Origin: Malacoraja senta | Taxonomy: Eukaryota | Assembly: GCA_038087875.1 (NCBI GenBank) | Contig: CM075977.1 | Coordinates: 175,150,001-175,214,000, forward strand | Length of the DNA: 64,000 nucleotides | Reading direction: 5' to 3' | Shown: piece after piece, positions 59,990 through 64,000 of the stretch | Position numbering within the stretch: position 1 is the first letter of the stretch | How the letters are laid out: every line of letters begins with the position of its first letter | Translations under genes and position numbers: made by a program | Notes under the pieces: generated by a model | What the model saw: only the letters and a program-made list of their open reading frames with translations | Databases searched by the model: none | Told to the model about the DNA's origin: nothing

Positions 59990-60700
59990 CTTAAGACAGT
60001 GGAATTGATAGTAGACTTTAGGAGTGCTTCTCCTCCCCTCACTCACCATCAACAACACCACAGTCACATCTGTGGAGTCATTTAAGTTCCTTGGAACCAT
60101 CATCTCCAAGGACCTTAAATGGGGGGCCACCATCGACTCCACAGTCAAAAAGGCCCAACAGGATGTACTTCCTGCGGCAGCAGGCAATGATGGTACAATG
60201 CTATACTACCATCGTAGTGTCTGTCCTAATCTTCTCCATCATGGTTTGGTTTGGCTCAACCACCAAGAGCGACATCCGGAGGCTGTAGCGAATCGTTCGA
60301 TCAACTGAGAAGGAATTTGGCTGCAACCTTCCCTCCATTGACGAACTGTACACTGCAAGGGCCAGTAAGCGAGCTGATAAGATCATCTCTGTCCCCTCTC
60401 ACCCTGGCCACAAACTCTTTGAAGCACTCTGGAAGGCGACTCCGGACTGTCAAAGCTGCCACAGCCAGACATAAAAACAGCTTTTTTCCCCACAAGCAGT
60501 AGCTCTACTGAATAACCAAACGTCTGTAGCCTCCTTTTGCTCTGAGACATGTTTAAACTATGTTTTATTCTTAATGTTTCAATGTTTTATCCTTAATTGT
60601 TTACTGTATGTCGTGTTGTTACTTGCGAGCGTACACATACAAATTCCTTGTATGTGTACATACTTGGCCAATAAACTTATTCATACATTCATTTATTCAT
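59990..60700 (+). mobile_element. Rex1/Babar LINE 3' fragment
   Basis: KTVELIVDFR, VESFKFLGTIISKDLKW, KKAQQ/RMYFLR, VWFGS, RHKNSFFP; aataaa plus (ttca)n-like tail. Confidence 0.85.
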
Positions 60701-61596
60701 GATTTGAGCTTGTGTGTAGATGGCACTACACATGATAAACAGGGAGGAAGACATCGATAGGCTTGAAGAGGATATAGATATCCCAGATATCTCAGAAACA
60801 AGGAACTGCAGATGTTGGTTTACAAAAAAGACACAAAGTGCTGTCCGTGCTCTCCAAGAGATGCTGCCTTGTCGACCGAGTTCCTCCAGCACTCTGTGTC
60901 TTCTTTTTAGGCACAGCAGATGCAGTTTAACATGGAAATAAAATTTGATAGATTTTAGTATATAGCACCAAGAAAAACGATGTAAAATAAAGAGGACAAT
61001 TTTAAAGAGAGGGCAGGAGGCAAGATGTGAAAGTGATAAATATAAGAGAGATCCTGAGTTTTTACAAATGGAGACAGCGTTCAGAAGCAAGGAATTTAAC
61101 ATGAATTGCAATGAAACAGTTGTTTGGCTGCAATCAGAATGATCCCAATTTCAATCACTGCTTAATAGAATAGATGTGATGGTCCATGAGAGCACAAGAT
61201 TCTGCAAAACGACAGGGTGATGATAGACTTTAATAACCGTTGGATCAAGTTTGTTTATTTCACCCTGGACCTGCAGTGTCCAGTCCAAGATGCTTCTGAC
61301 CTTCTAATCTTCTGTTCTCCCACAACCCTCTGATCCTCTCAGGTCTTAAGTCTTCCCAGCATTTCCATTCATCCAATGCAAGCTTTTTGATCTCCCAGGT
61401 GGTCCTGAATAATAACCTCCTCCATGGCCCTGCCAATCTCCCCACGAGGTCTTCAATTCCATCCTTGTCCCTCAGCACTGCCTGAGTACTGAAAATAGCT
61501 AAGGCCCTCATCACCACAGCATGGTCAGCCAGGAAACAGACAGAAACATCTGAATCCTGCTGTTAAACTTAGAAATTAGTTTTCAAAGTTAACCGG

Positions 61597-62296
61597 GTGG
61601 CGCCGTCTGCAGCCTCGCCAAAGGTCTGTCTGCTTTTTCGTCTTATTTGCTTTTTTTTGTGTGTTTTAAAAGTATGTGTTAATGTTCTCTGGTTTGTTTT
61701 ATGTGGGGGATGGGGGAGGGGGTCGGGGGACACTTTTTTTCAACCTCTCGCCTTGTCGGAGGTGCCATTGTTTTCTGGATCGTATCTCCAGTCGCTCTGC
61801 GGCCTAACATCATGGAGCTGGAGGCCTTGCTCGATACTGACTTTGGGCCCCACCATGGCGCCGTGTACTTACCATCTGAGCCTGCGATCCCTTGCCTGGG
61901 ATCGGCGCTCCAACTGCGGCCTGCGGATTTCACCATCGAGGAACCCGCAGTCTCAGATAGAGGCTGATGTCGGGAAGCTCCAGTCGCAGGTTAGGGCCAG
62001 CCCTGACCTGGGAAGATCGCCCGGCGCATGGGGAACTAAGATTTCCCCCCGATGCAGGAGCTTGATCGCCCCGACATGGAGGGCCTGCCGCCGGCTACGG
62101 GAGTCAAGTGCACCCCGATTGAACTTTTTTTCGCCTTCCATCACAGTGAGGAATGTGGAGGAGTCACTGTGGTGGATGTTTACGTTAAAATGTATTTTTG
62201 CGTGTTTTGTTGCTTTTTATTGGTATGACTGTACGGCAAATCTAATTCCTCGTATGAAGCAAAACATACTTGGCTAATAAAGCAATTATGTTTATG
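61597..62296 (+). mobile_element. Copy of the roughly 750-bp Rex-tailed retroposon
   Basis: Colinear with 29220-29965. Confidence 0.85.
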
Positions 62297-62739
62297 AAAA
62301 TGAACCAATCACGATTCTGCATCCTTCAGAAACTTGGTGTTCAATTCCACAACTCTGGCAAGAAGATAAATGTATTGGTTTAGTTTATTTTCATTTGAAG
62401 GGGTCTAAGCAAAAAAGAGATCCAAATTAGTTTTTATTTACAGTCAGGAAAGAGTTTGAAAGAGTGTTCAGTGAAATCTCGAGGATAATTTAACTCCAAA
62501 ACATTTTCACTTTAATTATTTAAAGTCCTTTGCAGAGTCACATCGTATCTTTCCTGTGGGCATTTTGCAAATTTCTGAAATCAACATTAAATTTTCCAAC
62601 TTCAGATAAACTGCATTCTCATAATTTCAGACTAACATGCTAATGTGTCTTTCTTAACTCTAAAATGCCATCTTAATGGTCAGAACTTCGCTCCACCAAC
62701 TAGCTGCGTTTGGAAAATATAACTCTTCCACTGTTCCCC

Positions 62740-62830
62740 CAGTTCTGAGGAAGGGTTCTCGAATTAAAACGTTGGTTTCTCTTTCCACAAATGCTGTTCG
62801 ACTGGCTTAGTTCTACCAGCATTTTCTGGG
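62740..62830 (+). mobile_element. Old Penelope terminal-repeat fragment with a degenerate hammerhead
   Basis: agttctgaggaaggg...aaaacgtt...tccacaaatgctg...ccagcatttt. Confidence 0.55.
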
Positions 62831-62947
62831 TTTTTTCTATTTCTTGTCTGTGGACTCATGCCTGAACCTATCATGATGTCATCACCAAGTTTCCGATATA
62901 GACGGATTCAATATTAATTTAAATCAAATTCAAAACAGAAACAGTAC

Positions 62948-63031
62948 CTGTAAAAACATTTTGTCACCAACAGGTTCCTCTTGATCACTACTCCAAGCCA
63001 GAGTTGCTGATGAAGGAAGAAATTCTAATAC
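62948..63031 (-). CDS. Candidate extra MPDZ exon, 84 nt, phase 0-0
   Basis: cattttctag|GTA ... CAG|gtactg; open frame VLEFLPSSATLAWSSDQEEPVGDKMFLQ in phase with the next exon; no recognised homology. Confidence 0.4.
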
Positions 63032-63644
63032 CTAGAAAATGATTCCAATATATTCATTTGAATTACTTATTTTTACTGACAAACTGCACACCAAGATAGA
63101 AATTTCGAATATAAACACTTATTTTACCATAATTTTAAAACATAAAGCAAGTACTGTAGTTGGATAAAACTGAAGAAACAATTAAAAAAAAAATTATTTA
63201 GTAATTACGTAAATAAGATATGCATTTGCAATGGTTTTGCAAAATCAGGCAGTGGGTAGAAGATACAATGTGAAAAAAACCCAAAGTATTGGGAACTTCC
63301 GAGATGAGGCAACATAAATGGTTACTATTTTAGCTTGATGACCATACAAAATATCTTTCCGATCATTAATGACCTGATAGATCAATAAAATTCAATTCAA
63401 TTTAATCCTCTCATTTCTTGTGGAATAACTATACATATTGCCTTGATGTGTGGGAAGGAACTGCAGATGCTGGTTTAAACCGAAGAAATCTATAAACACA
63501 ACTGCCCTGGCTTCTTGTTTCTGCTTGCTCTTGTTCCACTAAAATGATTTCCACGTTCCTCGACTCCATCCTATCTGCCCTGGTCCAATCTCTCCTGACC
63601 TATGTCCAAAATACCTCACATGCCCTTTGTTTCTTTAATGACTA

Positions 63645-63942
63645 AAGCCTCTGTCCCACGATACGAGTTCACCCAAGAGCTCCCCCGAGTTTAAAAAAAA
63701 ATCAAACTCGTGGTACTTCATCACGAGTATTTTTTTACTCTTGGAAATATTTCACACTGTTGAAAAAACTTCACGAGTTTCCGCATTTCCCGAGTACCTG
63801 CCGTTACCATTACGAGCCGCTACCAGATATCCACGAGCTCCGATGTACCCACTACGTACATTCTAGGTACTTACCACGAGTTTGAGTTTTTTTTAAACTC
63901 GGGAGAGCTCTTGGGTGAACTCGCATCGTGGGACAGGGGCTT
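63645..63942. mobile_element. Complete MITE (about 300 bp) with long TIRs
   Basis: TA|AAGCCTCTGTCCCACGATACGAGTTCACCCAAGAGCTC ... GAGCTCTTGGGTGAACTCGCATCGTGGGACAGGGGCTT|TA; about 70-bp TIR. Confidence 0.9.
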
Positions 63943-64000
63943 TACGCTTTCCGAGCCCCCACCTCCTCATCTTTACTGTGGACGTTCAGTCACTCTACAC

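Overview
Vertebrate genomic DNA. The repeat landscape (CR1/HER1-type LINEs, HE1/V-SINE-type SINEs, Penelope tails) points to a cartilaginous fish, probably a skate or ray; this is inference. The whole window lies inside the MPDZ (MUPP1) gene on the minus strand. Twelve GT-AG coding exons between 59349 and 1647 join in one open frame, covering PDZ5, PDZ6, PDZ7 and the linker towards PDZ8; most are not visible in the ORF track. The introns are filled with mobile DNA: several young CR1 LINEs, a Penelope-like element (RT + GIY-YIG), a Rex1/Babar fragment, tRNA-derived SINEs, an IR/DR Tc1 transposon carrying a nested LTR + Lys-tRNA PBS and a MITE, an 8-kb Helitron with a decayed RepHel gene followed by a second non-autonomous copy, and several MITEs. 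Most notable observations: (i) small fold-back insertions built only from the Penelope terminal repeat, some with 14-16 bp TSDs, in a repeat family that carries minimal hammerhead ribozyme motifs; (ii) ATG-initiated, splice-phase-matched candidate internal first exons that would give short MPDZ isoforms; (iii) a retrovirus-like LTR with a Lys1,2 PBS; (iv) a SINE-like family with a Rex1/Babar tail; (v) an unclassified DNA element with a 7-bp TSD. Homology calls rest on motif recognition and recalled human MPDZ sequence, not on searches. Repeat boundaries are approximate unless a TSD or TIR is cited.
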